A stretch of DNA of 64,000 nucleotides from Dehalococcoidia bacterium (GCA_963665775.2 CAXXTF010000001.1:320001-384000), one strand, 5' to 3'; shown: positions 41,835 to 52,183, numbered from the stretch's first letter. A program made the numbers and translations. The notes: generated from the sequence alone by a model not told the origin.

Positions 41835-43649
41835 CTAACTTCCTGCCGCCGAGGCCGCCACCTGTTCAGAGGTGCGCCTTGTGTCCAGCGCCTCCTCCTG
41901 GTCTCGCAGCTCCAGGTCGTATATCTGCCGATAGAGGCCGCCTTTGCTCAGGAGCTGATCATGCCGGCCCCGCTCCACGATCTGGCCATCTTCCAGAACC
42001 AATATCTGATCGGCCATCTTCACGGTGCGCAGCCGTTGGGCGATGACGAACGTGGTGCGGCCCTTCATAAGCTCCGCCAGTGTCTGCTGGATCAGGTACT
42101 CTGTCTCCGTATCCACGCTGGAGGTAGAATCGTCCAGAATGAGGATGCGAGGGTCCATCAGCATCGTCCGGGCCAGAGCGATGCGCTGCTTCTGGCCGCC
42201 GGAGAGGGTGATGCCCCGCTCTCCCACCCAGGTGTCGTAGCCATCGGGCAGGCCGACGATGAAGTCGTGGATATAGGCCGCCTTGGCCGCTGCCTCGATC
42301 TGCTCCTGGCTGGTGCCTACGGCACCGTACGCGATGTTGTCCCGGACGGTAGCGGAGAAGAGGAAGACCTCTTGCTGGACGGTGCCGATGGCCGCGCGCA
42401 GGGACGCTAGGGTGGTGTCCCGAATGTCCACGCCGTCGATTGTGATGCGACCGTTGGTGACGTCGTAGAAGCGCGGCATCAGGTTGACAACGGTCGTCTT
42501 ACCGCTGCCCGTGGGGCCCATGAGGGCCACCACCTGGCCCGGTCGAGCATCGATGTCGATCCCGCTCAGGACCGGACTGATCGAGTCGTAGCCAAAGGAC
42601 ACGTCCTCGAACCGGAGGTGGCCCTTCACCGCCGCCAGATCGGCGGCGCCGGCCGTCTCCTGGACCGCCGACTCAGCGTCCAGGATCTCGATGATGCGCT
42701 GGCCGGCCGACTGGGCGCGCGTCGCGATCATGATGATCCAGCCCAGGCTTCGCACCGGCACCTGCAAGATCGTCAGATAGAGGAGGAAGAGAACCAGACC
42801 TCCCTCTCCCAGATCGCCGGAGATCACCTGCCGCCCGCCGAACCAGAGAACGGCAGCCGCCGCCCCCAGCCACAACCCCGACATGATGGGGGCGTTCACG
42901 GCTTGAACGCGACTGGATTGGTAGGAGTCCTGGAACAGGGCATCGGCCTCTACGCGGAACTTTCGGCCCTCGTGCTCTTCACGGGCGAAGGCCTTGACCA
43001 CGCGGGCACCGGTGAGGGCCTCCTGAAGGACCGTGGTCATGCGCGCTAGGCCCTCTTGCACCCTCATCCACAGAGGCCTGAGCGTAAGGGACATGACTGC
43101 GGCGCGCCAGGCGATGAAGGGCAGGAAGGCCCACACGACCAACGCCAGCTTCCAATTTACAATGAGCATGATGGTCAGAACGGCGATCAGCAGGATAAAA
43201 ACGTAGACGAAGCGCAGCACGCCCATCTGGATGAACTGGCGGACCGCTTCCACATCCTGCGTCGCCCGCGACATCAGCTGGCCGGTCTGCTGCTGGTCGT
43301 GGTAGGCGTAGGAGAGCCGCTGTAGCCGGTCGTAGATGCTATTTCGGAGGTCGTAGGCCACCCGCTGACCGAGCCACTCACCCAGATAGGTCTGACCGAA
43401 GGCGAACACCCCGCGCAGAAGGGCAACGGCCACGATCGCCGCAGCCGCTATCAGCAAGAGGCTGCGATTGCCGGTGGCAATCTGTAGCCCATCCTCATCG
43501 AATTCGGGCGCCAGGCCGTAATCGATGGCCCAGGCAATGATCAGGGGCATGGCGAGCATGAAGGCGCCGGCGGCGAACACACAGAAGAGGGCCAGGGCCG
43601 TTCGCCGCTTATAGATGCCGAGGAAGCTGATCAGGCGTATTGCGTACAT
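41835..43649 (-). CDS. ABC exporter TMD-NBD subunit (degenerate Walker B, heterodimer partner)
   Basis: GPTGSGKT, LSGGQKQR, ILDDSTS, AQR in place of AHR. Confidence 0.93.
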   Translation of the reverse strand: MYAIRLISFLGIYKRRTALALFCVFAAGAFMLAMPLIIAWAIDYGLAPEFDEDGLQIATGNRSLLLIAAAAIVAVALLRGVFAFGQTYLGEWLGQRVAYDLRNSIYDRLQRLSYAYHDQQQTGQLMSRATQDVEAVRQFIQMGVLRFVYVFILLIAVLTIMLIVNWKLALVVWAFLPFIAWRAAVMSLTLRPLWMRVQEGLARMTTVLQEALTGARVVKAFAREEHEGRKFRVEADALFQDSYQSSRVQAVNAPIMSGLWLGAAAAVLWFGGRQVISGDLGEGGLVLFLLYLTILQVPVRSLGWIIMIATRAQSAGQRIIEILDAESAVQETAGAADLAAVKGHLRFEDVSFGYDSISPVLSGIDIDARPGQVVALMGPTGSGKTTVVNLMPRFYDVTNGRITIDGVDIRDTTLASLRAAIGTVQQEVFLFSATVRDNIAYGAVGTSQEQIEAAAKAAYIHDFIVGLPDGYDTWVGERGITLSGGQKQRIALARTMLMDPRILILDDSTSSVDTETEYLIQQTLAELMKGRTTFVIAQRLRTVKMADQILVLEDGQIVERGRHDQLLSKGGLYRQIYDLELRDQEEALDTRRTSEQVAASAAGS

Positions 43650-43789
43650 ATAGTCTGAACTAGATATTAGTGACGACTTAGCCCATTGTAGCTACATCTT
43701 ACGCTAACGTAAAGGGCGCAGATGGCCCGCTCTCCCTCGCCGTTTCGGACGGCGCTCCGCCGAAGGGCTATGCTAAAATTAGCGCTGAG

Positions 43790-44485
43790 ATGATAACGGC
43801 GGCTGGACGGTACCATATCCGCCCCATGAACCTGTCAGATATCCATCAGGTGATGGAGGTGGAAAAGCAGTCCTTTCCCACCATGTGGCCCCAGACTGCC
43901 TTCAAGCACGAGCTGGAGGAGAACCGGCTGGCGCGCTACCTGGTCGTCGTAGAGCGCGACGATCCCCCCACGCGAGAAGCGGCGCCATCGTCCAAGCTGC
44001 CGGACGCCGGAGCCGCGCCGGGCGCCCTCGGCCGCTTCCGCTTCCTGGGAAAGCTCCGGCACAACCTGGGCGGATCCGAGGGGAGGAGTCCGCCACCGCC
44101 AGAGGAACGGCCTGAGGCAATCCTAGGATTCATCGGCGTATGGCTGCTGCCGGACGATGCCCACATCGTCACCGTGGCCGTGCGCGAGAGCCACCGCCGG
44201 CGCGGCATCGGCGAGCTTCTCGTCATCGCAGCCATCGAGCTGGCCCAGGAGGATCAGCATTCGCAGGTCAGCCTGGAGTGCCGTGTCTCCAACACGCCGG
44301 CCCTCGCCCTCTACGAGAAGTACGGGTTCCGCCAGGTGGGGCTCCGCCCCCGCTACTATTCCGACAATCACGAAGACGCCTACATCCTGGCCGTCCGCTC
44401 CGTCACCTCTCCTCAGTACCGCAGCGAGTTCCAGCGTCTGAAGATAGCGCACCAACAACGCCGCGACAACGAGCCCGATCTGTAG
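43790..44485 (+). CDS. rimI: Ribosomal-protein-alanine N-acetyltransferase
   Basis: VEKQSFP, HIVTVAV..RRRGIG, LECRVSN..ALYEKYGF..RYYSDNHEDA. Confidence 0.88.
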   Translation: MITAAGRYHIRPMNLSDIHQVMEVEKQSFPTMWPQTAFKHELEENRLARYLVVVERDDPPTREAAPSSKLPDAGAAPGALGRFRFLGKLRHNLGGSEGRSPPPPEERPEAILGFIGVWLLPDDAHIVTVAVRESHRRRGIGELLVIAAIELAQEDQHSQVSLECRVSNTPALALYEKYGFRQVGLRPRYYSDNHEDAYILAVRSVTSPQYRSEFQRLKIAHQQRRDNEPDL

Positions 44486-44513
44486 CTCGTATCCCCCAGG
44501 CCAACCCCACCAG

Positions 44514-45245
44514 CTACTGGGGGATCACCAGGACATCGCCGGGATGGAGGAGATCATCCTCCGTGAGGCCGTTGACAGCGAGCAGGTCTTCTATGCTCAC
44601 GCCGAACGAATCGGCGATCCCGTAGAGAGTGTCGCCCTCAACGACGGTGTACTCAAGAGGGCCGTCGGCGGTGGGCACAGGGGTTGCGGTGGGAGATGGG
44701 GCCGGCGTGGCGGTAGGGGTGGCTTCTGAAGCGACGGTGGGAATCACAAGTATCTGGCCGACCTGTATCAGGCTCTCCAGGGTGAGTCCGTTAACGGTGG
44801 CCAGCTCCTCGGCATCGACTCCGAAGACGTCTGCGATGCCGTAAAAGGTGTCCCCTTCGACAACGGTGTACGCGATGGGGGTAGGCTCAGGAGTTGGTGT
44901 GGGAGTCAGCGTGGGAGTCGGCGTGGCCGGTGGAGGCAGCGTAGGTATGGGAGTGGGAGTAGCGGTAGGGCTGGACACGCTGGGCCCGGGGCCGGGCGTG
45001 GGGTCTGGCAGGCTAACCTCTGAGAGCTGGCCCGGGATCGAGGGCGGCCGAACGAGCAGCCAAAGAGCCAGGACGCTGGCGAAGAGAAGAGCCAAGATGG
45101 AGATGCGGAAGACGGCGCCGGAAGGGGCAGCGTTAACGGGATTCAAGCAATCGGCGCAAATATCGTCGCCGTGGGCACCGCAGTAGAGGTTCCCACAGAG
45201 GGAACAGGACGCGGTCGCCTCTTGGTCGCAGGCGTAGCAGTCCAT
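44514..45245 (-). CDS. Membrane-anchored protein with N-terminal Zn finger and two LysM domains
   Basis: CYAC..CSLC..CGAH..CADC, one TM, PT linkers, 2x YTVVEGDTxYGIA. Confidence 0.85.
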   Translation of the reverse strand: MDCYACDQEATASCSLCGNLYCGAHGDDICADCLNPVNAAPSGAVFRISILALLFASVLALWLLVRPPSIPGQLSEVSLPDPTPGPGPSVSSPTATPTPIPTLPPPATPTPTLTPTPTPEPTPIAYTVVEGDTFYGIADVFGVDAEELATVNGLTLESLIQVGQILVIPTVASEATPTATPAPSPTATPVPTADGPLEYTVVEGDTLYGIADSFGVSIEDLLAVNGLTEDDLLHPGDVLVIPQ

Positions 45246-45258
45246 CTTCGTTTATCAC

Positions 45259-45291
45259 GGGTCGGGTCGGCAAGAGGTACCGACCCGACCC
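45259..45291. terminator. Stem-loop downstream of rplL
   Basis: GGGTCGGGTCGG-9-CCGACCCGACCC perfect 12-bp stem. Confidence 0.6.
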
Positions 45292-45302
45292 AATTTTACT
45301 CG

Positions 45303-45716
45303 CTATTCAAGTTCGACGGTAGCTCCGGCCTCCCGCAGCTTGCCGACCACATCCTCCGCATCGACCTTCGTGACACCCTCCTTCACGTTAGTCGGGGCGG
45401 CCTCCACCAGGTCCTTGGCCTCCTTGAGGCCCAGCGTTGTGACCTCCCGGACGACCTTGATGACGTTGATCTTCTTGTCGCCGATGTCCTTGAGCACCAC
45501 AGCCCACTCGGTCTTCTCCTCCTCGGCGGCCGGTAACTCGCCCGCCGAGGCAGCGGCAGCGGGGGCAGCGGCCACCGCCACAGGGGCGGCGGCGGTGATG
45601 CCAAACTGGTCCTTCATGCGCTCGTTGAGGTCGTGCAGCTCCAGCATCGTCATCTGCCCGATCAGGTCGACAACTTGATCCACTCGCTTCTGATCGTCGG
45701 TTGCTCCTTTAGCCAT
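45303..45716 (-). CDS. rplL: 50S ribosomal protein L7/L12
   Basis: EEKTE, KINVIKVVRE..LGLKEAKDLVE. Confidence 0.97.
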   Translation of the reverse strand: MAKGATDDQKRVDQVVDLIGQMTMLELHDLNERMKDQFGITAAAPVAVAAAPAAAASAGELPAAEEEKTEWAVVLKDIGDKKINVIKVVREVTTLGLKEAKDLVEAAPTNVKEGVTKVDAEDVVGKLREAGATVELE

Positions 45717-45734
45717 TGCAGGTCTCCTTTCTTC

Positions 45735-46295
45735 CTATTGCGCTTCTTCGAGCTGATTCGCTCTGGCTTCTATAAGGCCTGGAAATTCCGAGAGAGCGGA
45801 GTGTAAGAGGCCGGAGAGCTCCTGGAGGGGTGCGTCCAGGAGGCCCAGGAACCCCGCCAGCGGCGACTGGATCTGGCCCAGGATATTGGCCAGCATGACG
45901 GGCCGGGCGGGCAGGCGCACCAGCTCGCGGAGCTCCGCCGCCGAGACGACCTGCCCATCCAGGAAGGCGCCGCGTACAGCGAAGGCGGAAGGGGCGCCCT
46001 GGGCGTACTCTGTGACCGCCTTGGCGGCCTCGACGGAGTCGCCGTAGGAGAAGGCGAGGGCGGTGGGCCCCTCCACGATGCTCATGAGCTCCGCCTGCCC
46101 GGCCTCCTGAGCGGCGAGGCGGAGGAGGGAGTTCTTGATCACCTTGACCTCCACGCCGCCGGCCCGCAAGCGGCGGCGCATCTGGTCCACCTCCCTCACG
46201 GTAAGGCCGCGGTAGTCCGCGCTGACGACGATCGAGGCCCGCTCTATACGGTCCTTCAGATCGGCGACCGTCTCGATCTTCTTCTGGGTGGGCAT
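45735..46295 (-). CDS. rplJ: 50S ribosomal protein L10
   Basis: DYRGLTV, VIKNSLL, GPTA. Confidence 0.95.
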   Translation of the reverse strand: MPTQKKIETVADLKDRIERASIVVSADYRGLTVREVDQMRRRLRAGGVEVKVIKNSLLRLAAQEAGQAELMSIVEGPTALAFSYGDSVEAAKAVTEYAQGAPSAFAVRGAFLDGQVVSAAELRELVRLPARPVMLANILGQIQSPLAGFLGLLDAPLQELSGLLHSALSEFPGLIEARANQLEEAQ

Positions 46296-46335
46296 TGGCC
46301 CTCCTCGATTCAGAGGCCCGAAGGCCCCCTATCCA

Positions 46336-46482
46336 CAACAAAAAGCCCTTGCCGTAAGAGGCAAGGGACACCAACTCTCGTCTTTGCTTCCAGCCTTAAG
46401 GCTGGGGCAGCGGACGGTGATCGATCCGGTTGCCTCGGCGGGCCAGCGATTAAGCCCCAAAGGGCGCCCGCTATCTGCGGCG
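46336..46482 (-). ncRNA. L10 leader with attenuator hairpin
   Basis: CCGCAGATAGCGGG..GCTTAA..CCCGCCGAGG core; CCCTTGCC-loop-GGCAAGGGCTTTTT terminator before rplJ. Confidence 0.7.
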
Positions 46483-46494
46483 GTTCGTCTGGTA

Positions 46495-47217
46495 TTATAC
46501 GGCAGCGTCGCCGCTTAGGGAAAGGGCGGCGGGGATATCCAGCTTGATGCCGGGACCCATCGTCGCGGTCAGAGTCATAGAGCGAATATACTGCCCCTTG
46601 GCGCCGGAAGGCTTCTCGTGGACAACGGCATCGATGAGCGCCGTCAGGTTCTCCAGGAGAGCGTCCTCTGTGAAACCGACCTTGCCCAGGGGCACGTGGA
46701 TCAGGGAGGTACGATCCGTGCGGAACTCTACCCGGCCCTGCTTGGCGTCACGGATCGCCTTGGGGAGGTCTTCATCCTGGACCACCGTGTTCGTGCGGGG
46801 GTTGGGCATGAGACCGCGCGGGCCGAGGACGCGGCCCAACCGTCCAACCTTGGGCATAACTTCCTTGACGGCAAGGGCAACTTCGAACTCCATCCAGCCA
46901 CCCTCGATCTTCTTCGCCAGCTCGTCGGTGCCCACGTAGTCGGCGCCCGCCCCCTCAGCGATACTAGCAGCCTCCCCTTCGGCGAACACGAGGACGCGCT
47001 GCTCCTTACCCAGTCCGTTAGGGAGGACGAGTGTGCCCCGAATCTGCTGATCGGCGTGGCGGGTATCCAGGCCGGTGCGGATATGCAGCTCCACCGTCTC
47101 GTCGAACTTGGCGAAGGCGGTCTCCTTCAAGAGGCTGACAGCCTCACGTGGCTCATAATTGCTGAGGCGGTCGATCCTTTCCACGGCGGCTTGGTACTTT
47201 TTCCCAGGTCGGGGCAT
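46495..47217 (-). CDS. rplA: 50S ribosomal protein L1
   Basis: KFDETVE, LGPRGLMPNP, TMGPG. Confidence 0.97.
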   Translation of the reverse strand: MPRPGKKYQAAVERIDRLSNYEPREAVSLLKETAFAKFDETVELHIRTGLDTRHADQQIRGTLVLPNGLGKEQRVLVFAEGEAASIAEGAGADYVGTDELAKKIEGGWMEFEVALAVKEVMPKVGRLGRVLGPRGLMPNPRTNTVVQDEDLPKAIRDAKQGRVEFRTDRTSLIHVPLGKVGFTEDALLENLTALIDAVVHEKPSGAKGQYIRSMTLTATMGPGIKLDIPAALSLSGDAAV

Positions 47218-47229
47218 GCTAACGTCTCC

Positions 47230-47652
47230 TTACGCTACCTCAACGCCCATGGAGCGGGCGGTGCCCTCCACCATGTGCATGGCGGCCTCGATATCGTTGG
47301 CGTTGAGATCTTTCATCTTGATCTCGGCGATCTGCCGGACCTGCTCCCGGCTGAGGGTGCCCACCTTCTCCCGCTTTTGGGCGGGGCTCCCCTTCTCTAT
47401 GCCCAGGGCCTTGCGGATAAGGTCCGAGGCCGGCGAGGTCTTGAGCACGAAGCCGAAGGAGCGATCCTCGTAGATGCTAATCTCCACGGGAACGATGCTG
47501 CCGGCCTGGGCGATGGTGCGCTCGTTATACTCCTTGCAGAAGGCCATGATATTGGCCCCGTGCTGTCCCAGGGCGGGCCCCACCGGCGGCGCCGGGGTAG
47601 CCTTACCGGCCTCCAGCTGAAGCTTGACGACGGCGCGGATCTTCTTAGCCAT
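47230..47652 (-). CDS. rplK: 50S ribosomal protein L11
   Basis: [25 protein letters not shown]. Confidence 0.98.
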   Translation of the reverse strand: MAKKIRAVVKLQLEAGKATPAPPVGPALGQHGANIMAFCKEYNERTIAQAGSIVPVEISIYEDRSFGFVLKTSPASDLIRKALGIEKGSPAQKREKVGTLSREQVRQIAEIKMKDLNANDIEAAMHMVEGTARSMGVEVA

Positions 47653-47717
47653 GCTGATACACCCTCTCCATCACTGCCCGGACTCCCCTTCTCAATAGAG
47701 CCCCGTCGGCGCCCCGG

Positions 47718-48395
47718 CTATAGACGCTCCACCTGGAGGAAGTCCAGCTCCACCGGAGTCTCGCGACCGAAGAAGGAGACGAGAACCTTAACCTTCCCCT
47801 TCTCCGGGTTGATCTCGTCGACGGTGCCCACGAAGTCGGTAAAGGGGCCGTCAACGATGCGGATGCTCTGGTTGAGGGTGAAGCCTACCTTGACGCGAGG
47901 CTCCTCTGAGCGCATCTGCCGCAGGATGGAGCGCAGTTCCGGCTCGTCCAGGGGGGTAGGCGCGGTGCCGGAGCCCACGAAGCCGGTGACGCCCGGCGAG
48001 TTGCGGACGACTGTCCAGGCCTTGCTGGAGTAGGCCTTGTCCTGGTCTGAGGCTGCGGGGTCCTCCTGCTTGAGCTCGATCATCTGAACGAGGACATAGC
48101 CGGGGAAGATCTTGCGGAGGACGGTGCGGCGCTGGCCGTCTCGAACCTCAACCTCCTCCACGGAGGGCACTATGACGTGGAAAACCAGATCCTCCGCATC
48201 CATTGACCGGATGCGCTGCTCCAGGTTGGTCTTGACCTTGTCCTCGTAGCCGGAGTAGGTATGGATGACGTACCAGCAGCGGTCCGCCCGGAAAACCTCG
48301 TCCTCACTGAGGCCGGGATCGCGGGGCTTGTCCTCGCGGACTTCGCCGGGGGTCTCCTCCAGAAGGGGCTGTGCGCTTCTCTTCCTTTTCGCCAC
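47718..48395 (-). CDS. nusG: Transcription factor NusG
   Basis: WYVIHTYSGYE, FPGYVLV, GPF, FGRETPVEL. Confidence 0.96.
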   Translation of the reverse strand: MAKRKRSAQPLLEETPGEVREDKPRDPGLSEDEVFRADRCWYVIHTYSGYEDKVKTNLEQRIRSMDAEDLVFHVIVPSVEEVEVRDGQRRTVLRKIFPGYVLVQMIELKQEDPAASDQDKAYSSKAWTVVRNSPGVTGFVGSGTAPTPLDEPELRSILRQMRSEEPRVKVGFTLNQSIRIVDGPFTDFVGTVDEINPEKGKVKVLVSFFGRETPVELDFLQVERL

Positions 48396-48407
48396 TGCAA
48401 ATCCCCC

Positions 48408-48737
48408 TTAGCGCAGGAGTGTGTTATCGACGAGCCAACCGAAGCCGATGTCTATGGCGCCGAGGAGGGCACCCAGAATGAGGGCGACGACGACGACAAC
48501 GCCAGTTAAGTGGACGACATCGTCTCGGCTGGGCCAGGCAACCTTGCGCAACTCGTTGAAGATATCCATGAAGAAACGGGGACGCCAGCTCCGGAGCCCG
48601 ACCGACCCCGAACCGCCATCGCGACGGGGGGGAGCCCGACCGGCACCTTGGCGGGACCCGGGGAGAGCGGCGGCCCTGGCGCCCCTGCCCTCCTTGGCCT
48701 GCCTGGTGGGATGTCGTCTGACGGAACGATTACTCAT
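48408..48737 (-). CDS. secE: Preprotein translocase SecE
   Basis: ELRKVAWPSR followed by one TM; position. Confidence 0.92.
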   Translation of the reverse strand: MSNRSVRRHPTRQAKEGRGARAAALPGSRQGAGRAPPRRDGGSGSVGLRSWRPRFFMDIFNELRKVAWPSRDDVVHLTGVVVVVALILGALLGAIDIGFGWLVDNTLLR

Positions 48738-48757
48738 GGTACTGCCCCAGCGCCTGT

Positions 48758-48922
48758 TTACCTGGACTCCCTGTGTGAACGATGGGCGCGGCAGCGCGGA
48801 CAGTACTTACGCAGTTCGATACGATCCGGATCGTTGCGCCGGTTCTTCTGCGTGCTGTAATTCCGGGACCGGCACTCCGTGCAGGCCAGGTCTACCACTA
48901 CCCGGTCTTCCTTTCTTGCCAC
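48758..48922 (-). CDS. rpmG: 50S ribosomal protein L33 (Zn-binding type)
   Basis: Manual translation [54 protein letters not shown]. Confidence 0.95.
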   Translation of the reverse strand: MARKEDRVVVDLACTECRSRNYSTQKNRRNDPDRIELRKYCPRCRAHRSHRESR

Positions 48923-48948
48923 GTTACTCGGTTACCTTCCTTGCCATG

Positions 48949-50148
48949 TTACTCCGTTATCTTTGTGATCACCCCGGCGCCCACGGTTCGCCCCCCCTCC
49001 CGGATTGCGAAGCGAACACCCTCCTCCAGAGCGACAGGGGTGATAAGATTTACGTCCATCTTTACGTTGTCGCCGGGCATCACCATCTCTACCCCCTCCG
49101 GCAGGGTAACATCGCCGGTGACGTCGGTGGTGCGGATGTAGAACTGGGGCCGGTAGCCCTGGAAGAACGGCGTATGGCGGCCACCCTCGTCCTTCGCCAG
49201 AATGTAGACCTCCCCCTCAAACTTCGTGCGGGGGCTAATAGAGCCGGGAACAGCCAACACCTGGCCGCGCTCTACCTCGTCTCGCTCGAGGCCGCGGAGG
49301 AGGCAGCCGACGTTGTCGCCGGGCTCCCCGGAGTCCAGTGTCTTGCGGAACATCTCCACGCCGGTGCAAACCGTCTTGCGAGTCTCACCGAAACCGACGA
49401 TCTCGACCTCCTCGCCGGGCTTGACGACACCCCGCTCGATGCGACCGGTGACGACGGTACCCCGCCCCTTAATACCGAAGACGTCCTCAATCGGCATGAG
49501 GAAGGGCAAGTCCCGCGGGCGGGCAGGCTCCGGAATGTACTCATCCAGGGCCTTGAGCAGCTCCCAGATGCTCTGGAACTCCGGCGCACTGGCGTCCGTG
49601 CTGGTGCTCTCCATGGCCTGGAGGGCGCTGCCACGAATGATGGGGATATCATCGCCGGGAAAGCCGTACTTGCTGAGGAGCTCCCGGACCTCCAGCTCGA
49701 TCAGGTCTAGGAGCTCCGGATCTTCCATCATGTCTACCTTGTTGAGGTAGACCACCATCGCGGGGACCTCCACCTGGCGCGCCAGCAGCACGTGCTCGCG
49801 GGTCTGGGGCATCGGTCCGTCATTGGCCGCGACGACCAGAATCGCTCCGTCCATCTGGGCGGCACCGGTGATCATATTCTTGATGTAGTCCGCGTGGCCG
49901 GGACAGTCGATGTGGGCGTAATGGCGCTTTTCCGTTTCGTACTCTACGTGCGCGATGGCGATCGTGATTCCGCGCTCACGCTCCTCGGGAGCCTTGTCGA
50001 TGCTGCCGAAGTCAACATATTCGGCCATTTGACTGACAGACATGGCTTTAGTCATCGCTGAGGTAAGGGTCGTCTTGCCATGATCGATATGGCCGATAGT
50101 ACCCACATTCACGTGCGGCTTGGTACGCACAAACTTCTGCTTGGCCAT
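48949..50148 (-). CDS. tuf: Elongation factor Tu
   Basis: [37 protein letters not shown]. Confidence 0.98.
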   Translation of the reverse strand: MAKQKFVRTKPHVNVGTIGHIDHGKTTLTSAMTKAMSVSQMAEYVDFGSIDKAPEERERGITIAIAHVEYETEKRHYAHIDCPGHADYIKNMITGAAQMDGAILVVAANDGPMPQTREHVLLARQVEVPAMVVYLNKVDMMEDPELLDLIELEVRELLSKYGFPGDDIPIIRGSALQAMESTSTDASAPEFQSIWELLKALDEYIPEPARPRDLPFLMPIEDVFGIKGRGTVVTGRIERGVVKPGEEVEIVGFGETRKTVCTGVEMFRKTLDSGEPGDNVGCLLRGLERDEVERGQVLAVPGSISPRTKFEGEVYILAKDEGGRHTPFFQGYRPQFYIRTTDVTGDVTLPEGVEMVMPGDNVKMDVNLITPVALEEGVRFAIREGGRTVGAGVITKITE

Positions 50149-50235
50149 GTAGAGGTTCCTCCTATACCTGTGGCTCGTGGGCCAGATCCCGGTTTTCCAG
50201 CGGAACCCACCCACCCCATAATAGCGCCACTATAC

Positions 50236-50264
50236 GGAACTGGGAACTGGGAACTGGGAACTGG
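50236..50264. repeat. Heptamer tandem repeat (GGAACTG)x4
   Basis: Seen directly between tRNA-Thr and tuf. Confidence 0.9.
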
Positions 50265-50314
50265 CTCCGACTGAGCCTGCTCCCCTCCGGCTCCTTTTTC
50301 CATCTCCCTGCATC

Positions 50315-50390
50315 TGGAGCCCACGACCGGATTCGAACCGGTGACCCCGTTCTTACCAAGAACGTGCTCTACCTGCTGAGCTACGTGGGC
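50315..50390 (-). tRNA. tRNA-Thr(GGT)
   Basis: Cloverleaf with anticodon GGT, GGTTCGAATCC and CCA end. Confidence 0.95.
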
Positions 50391-50404
50391 TTTTAAGCAT
50401 CAGC

Positions 50405-50492
50405 TGGTGGCGGGGGCAGGATTCGAACCTGCGTAGCCCGTCAGGGCGCCGGGTTTACAGCCCGGTGGTATTAACCACTCACCCACCCCGCC
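50405..50492 (-). tRNA. tRNA-Tyr(GTA)
   Basis: Anticodon GTA, long variable arm, CCA end. Confidence 0.95.
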
Positions 50493-50505
50493 TAATTCCA
50501 GATTC

Positions 50506-50580
50506 TGGAGCCGAAGGGGGGAGTCGAACCCCCAACCTAGCGATTACAAATCGCTTGCGCTACCGTTGCGCCACTTCGGC
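50506..50580 (-). tRNA. tRNA-Thr(TGT)
   Basis: Anticodon TGT, GGTTCGACTCC, CCA end. Confidence 0.95.
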
Positions 50581-50642
50581 CTCGCCTCCCCGGCGGGCGC
50601 CTATAATTCAAAGCTCGCTCCCAAAGGAGCGACACCTACCGT

Positions 50643-50672
50643 AGTATAGTCATGTAGAAAGGCCAAAGTCAA
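50643..50672 (-). promoter_or_regulatory. Sigma70-type promoter of the tRNA-tuf operon
   Basis: TTGACT-18 bp-TATACT. Confidence 0.65.
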
Positions 50673-50848
50673 GAATTCCCGTCTCCACAGGGAACCCCGG
50701 GGCTCCCGCTTCTTTGATAGTTTGGAAAGCCCCCTATCATCCTCCCCACATTGACATAAGCTAGTTGACTCCCCTGCCTACCCCTTGGTATTGTTCCGCC
50801 GTCTGCTCCCCCCAGCCACCCTAATGTACCGTACTTGGAGGGGTCCAA

Positions 50849-52183
50849 ATGGTCGAGCCCGCCGCCCAGCGGATCTGGGAAGCTGCCCTAGGCCAGCTTC
50901 AGATTCACGTCACGAAACCCAACTACGAGACCTGGCTCAAGGACACCGTGGGCCTACACTTTGCTGACGGCCGGTTCGTCGTCGGCGCCCCTACCGAGTT
51001 CGTCAAGGAATGGCTGTCCACACGGATGCGCAGCCTCGTCTCGCAGACCGTGGGGGGCATCGTAGGACAGCCTACGGAGGTGTCCTTCCAGATCATCACG
51101 CATGAAAACGGCGGCACTGGAAACGGCGCCACAGCTTCACCCGCCCAGACCGCAAAGCCGACGCCATATCCACACCCCAACCCAAAGCTCACCTTCACCA
51201 GCTTCATCGTTGGCCCCTCCAATCACCTGGCCGCTTCCGCCGCGCTGGCCGCAGCGGAGCAGCCGGGCAAGGGCTACAACCCCCTGTTCATCTACAGCGC
51301 CCCAGGCCTCGGTAAAACACACCTTCTGCAAGCCATCGCCCAGCGTGCGGCCAGCACGAACTACAACACGCTGTACGTGACCTCAGAGCGATTTACCAAC
51401 GACTTCGTCACGGCCATTACTCAGAGCCGCAGCGATGAGTTCCGCCAGCGCTACCGATCCCTGCAGCTCCTCCTCGTCGACGACGTTCAGTTTCTAGCCG
51501 GAAAAGAGCGGACCCAGGAAGAGTTCTTCTACACGTTCAATGAACTCCACGCCGCCGGATGCCAGCTCGTCCTGGCCAACGACCGCCCACCATCCGACAT
51601 CTGCGGCATCGAAAGTCGCCTCAGCTCCCGCTTCCAGTGGGGCCTTATCGCCGATATCCAGCCCCCAGACCTCCCGACACGCCTCACTATCCTTCAACGC
51701 AAGGCCCGCGAGCAACAGGTTGACCTGCATCCAGACGTAAGCCTATTCCTGGCCAACCGCACGCGTAACAATATCCGGGAGCTAGAGGGATCACTCAACC
51801 GGGTTATCGCCTACGCCCACCTCCCTGGTGTCGCCCCGATCACCCTCAGCATCACGCATCAGGCTCTCGCCGCACTCACCCCCGCACCAGACACCTCCTC
51901 AGACCCAGACCAGATTCTCCAAGCCGTCGCCTCCTACTTCCGAATCTCCTCTAAGACTCTCACCAGTAAGCTGCGGACCCAGGCCGTCGCCAACGCTCGC
52001 CACATCGCTATGTACCTCCTCCGCGAGGACTCTCAACTCCCGCTCAAACGCATCGGTCTTCTCCTCGGCCACCGCGATCACGCCACCGTTATTCACGGTG
52101 TTCAGAAGATAACCCGCGCCATCAACAATGACCCCCAACTTCTCACACAGATCGCTGAAATCCGCACCTCTGTTCGCCGTTAG
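50849..52183 (+). CDS. dnaA: Chromosomal replication initiator DnaA
   Basis: YNPLFIY..GLGKTHL, DDVQF, NIRELEG, RDHATVIH. Confidence 0.97.
   Translation: MVEPAAQRIWEAALGQLQIHVTKPNYETWLKDTVGLHFADGRFVVGAPTEFVKEWLSTRMRSLVSQTVGGIVGQPTEVSFQIITHENGGTGNGATASPAQTAKPTPYPHPNPKLTFTSFIVGPSNHLAASAALAAAEQPGKGYNPLFIYSAPGLGKTHLLQAIAQRAASTNYNTLYVTSERFTNDFVTAITQSRSDEFRQRYRSLQLLLVDDVQFLAGKERTQEEFFYTFNELHAAGCQLVLANDRPPSDICGIESRLSSRFQWGLIADIQPPDLPTRLTILQRKAREQQVDLHPDVSLFLANRTRNNIRELEGSLNRVIAYAHLPGVAPITLSITHQALAALTPAPDTSSDPDQILQAVASYFRISSKTLTSKLRTQAVANARHIAMYLLREDSQLPLKRIGLLLGHRDHATVIHGVQKITRAINNDPQLLTQIAEIRTSVRR

Noticed and set aside
43950-44120. Long Pro-rich insertion in RimI as a mobile element
   Set aside because: No repeats or ends; more likely a lineage-specific loop
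46329-46337. Isolated DnaA-box-like CTATCCACA
   Set aside because: Single copy within the rplJ leader; probably chance
46618-49710. Long plus-strand ORFs (471 aa and 429 aa) and similar antisense ORFs elsewhere
   Set aside because: High-GC antisense shadows of rplA/rplK/nusG/tuf and other real genes
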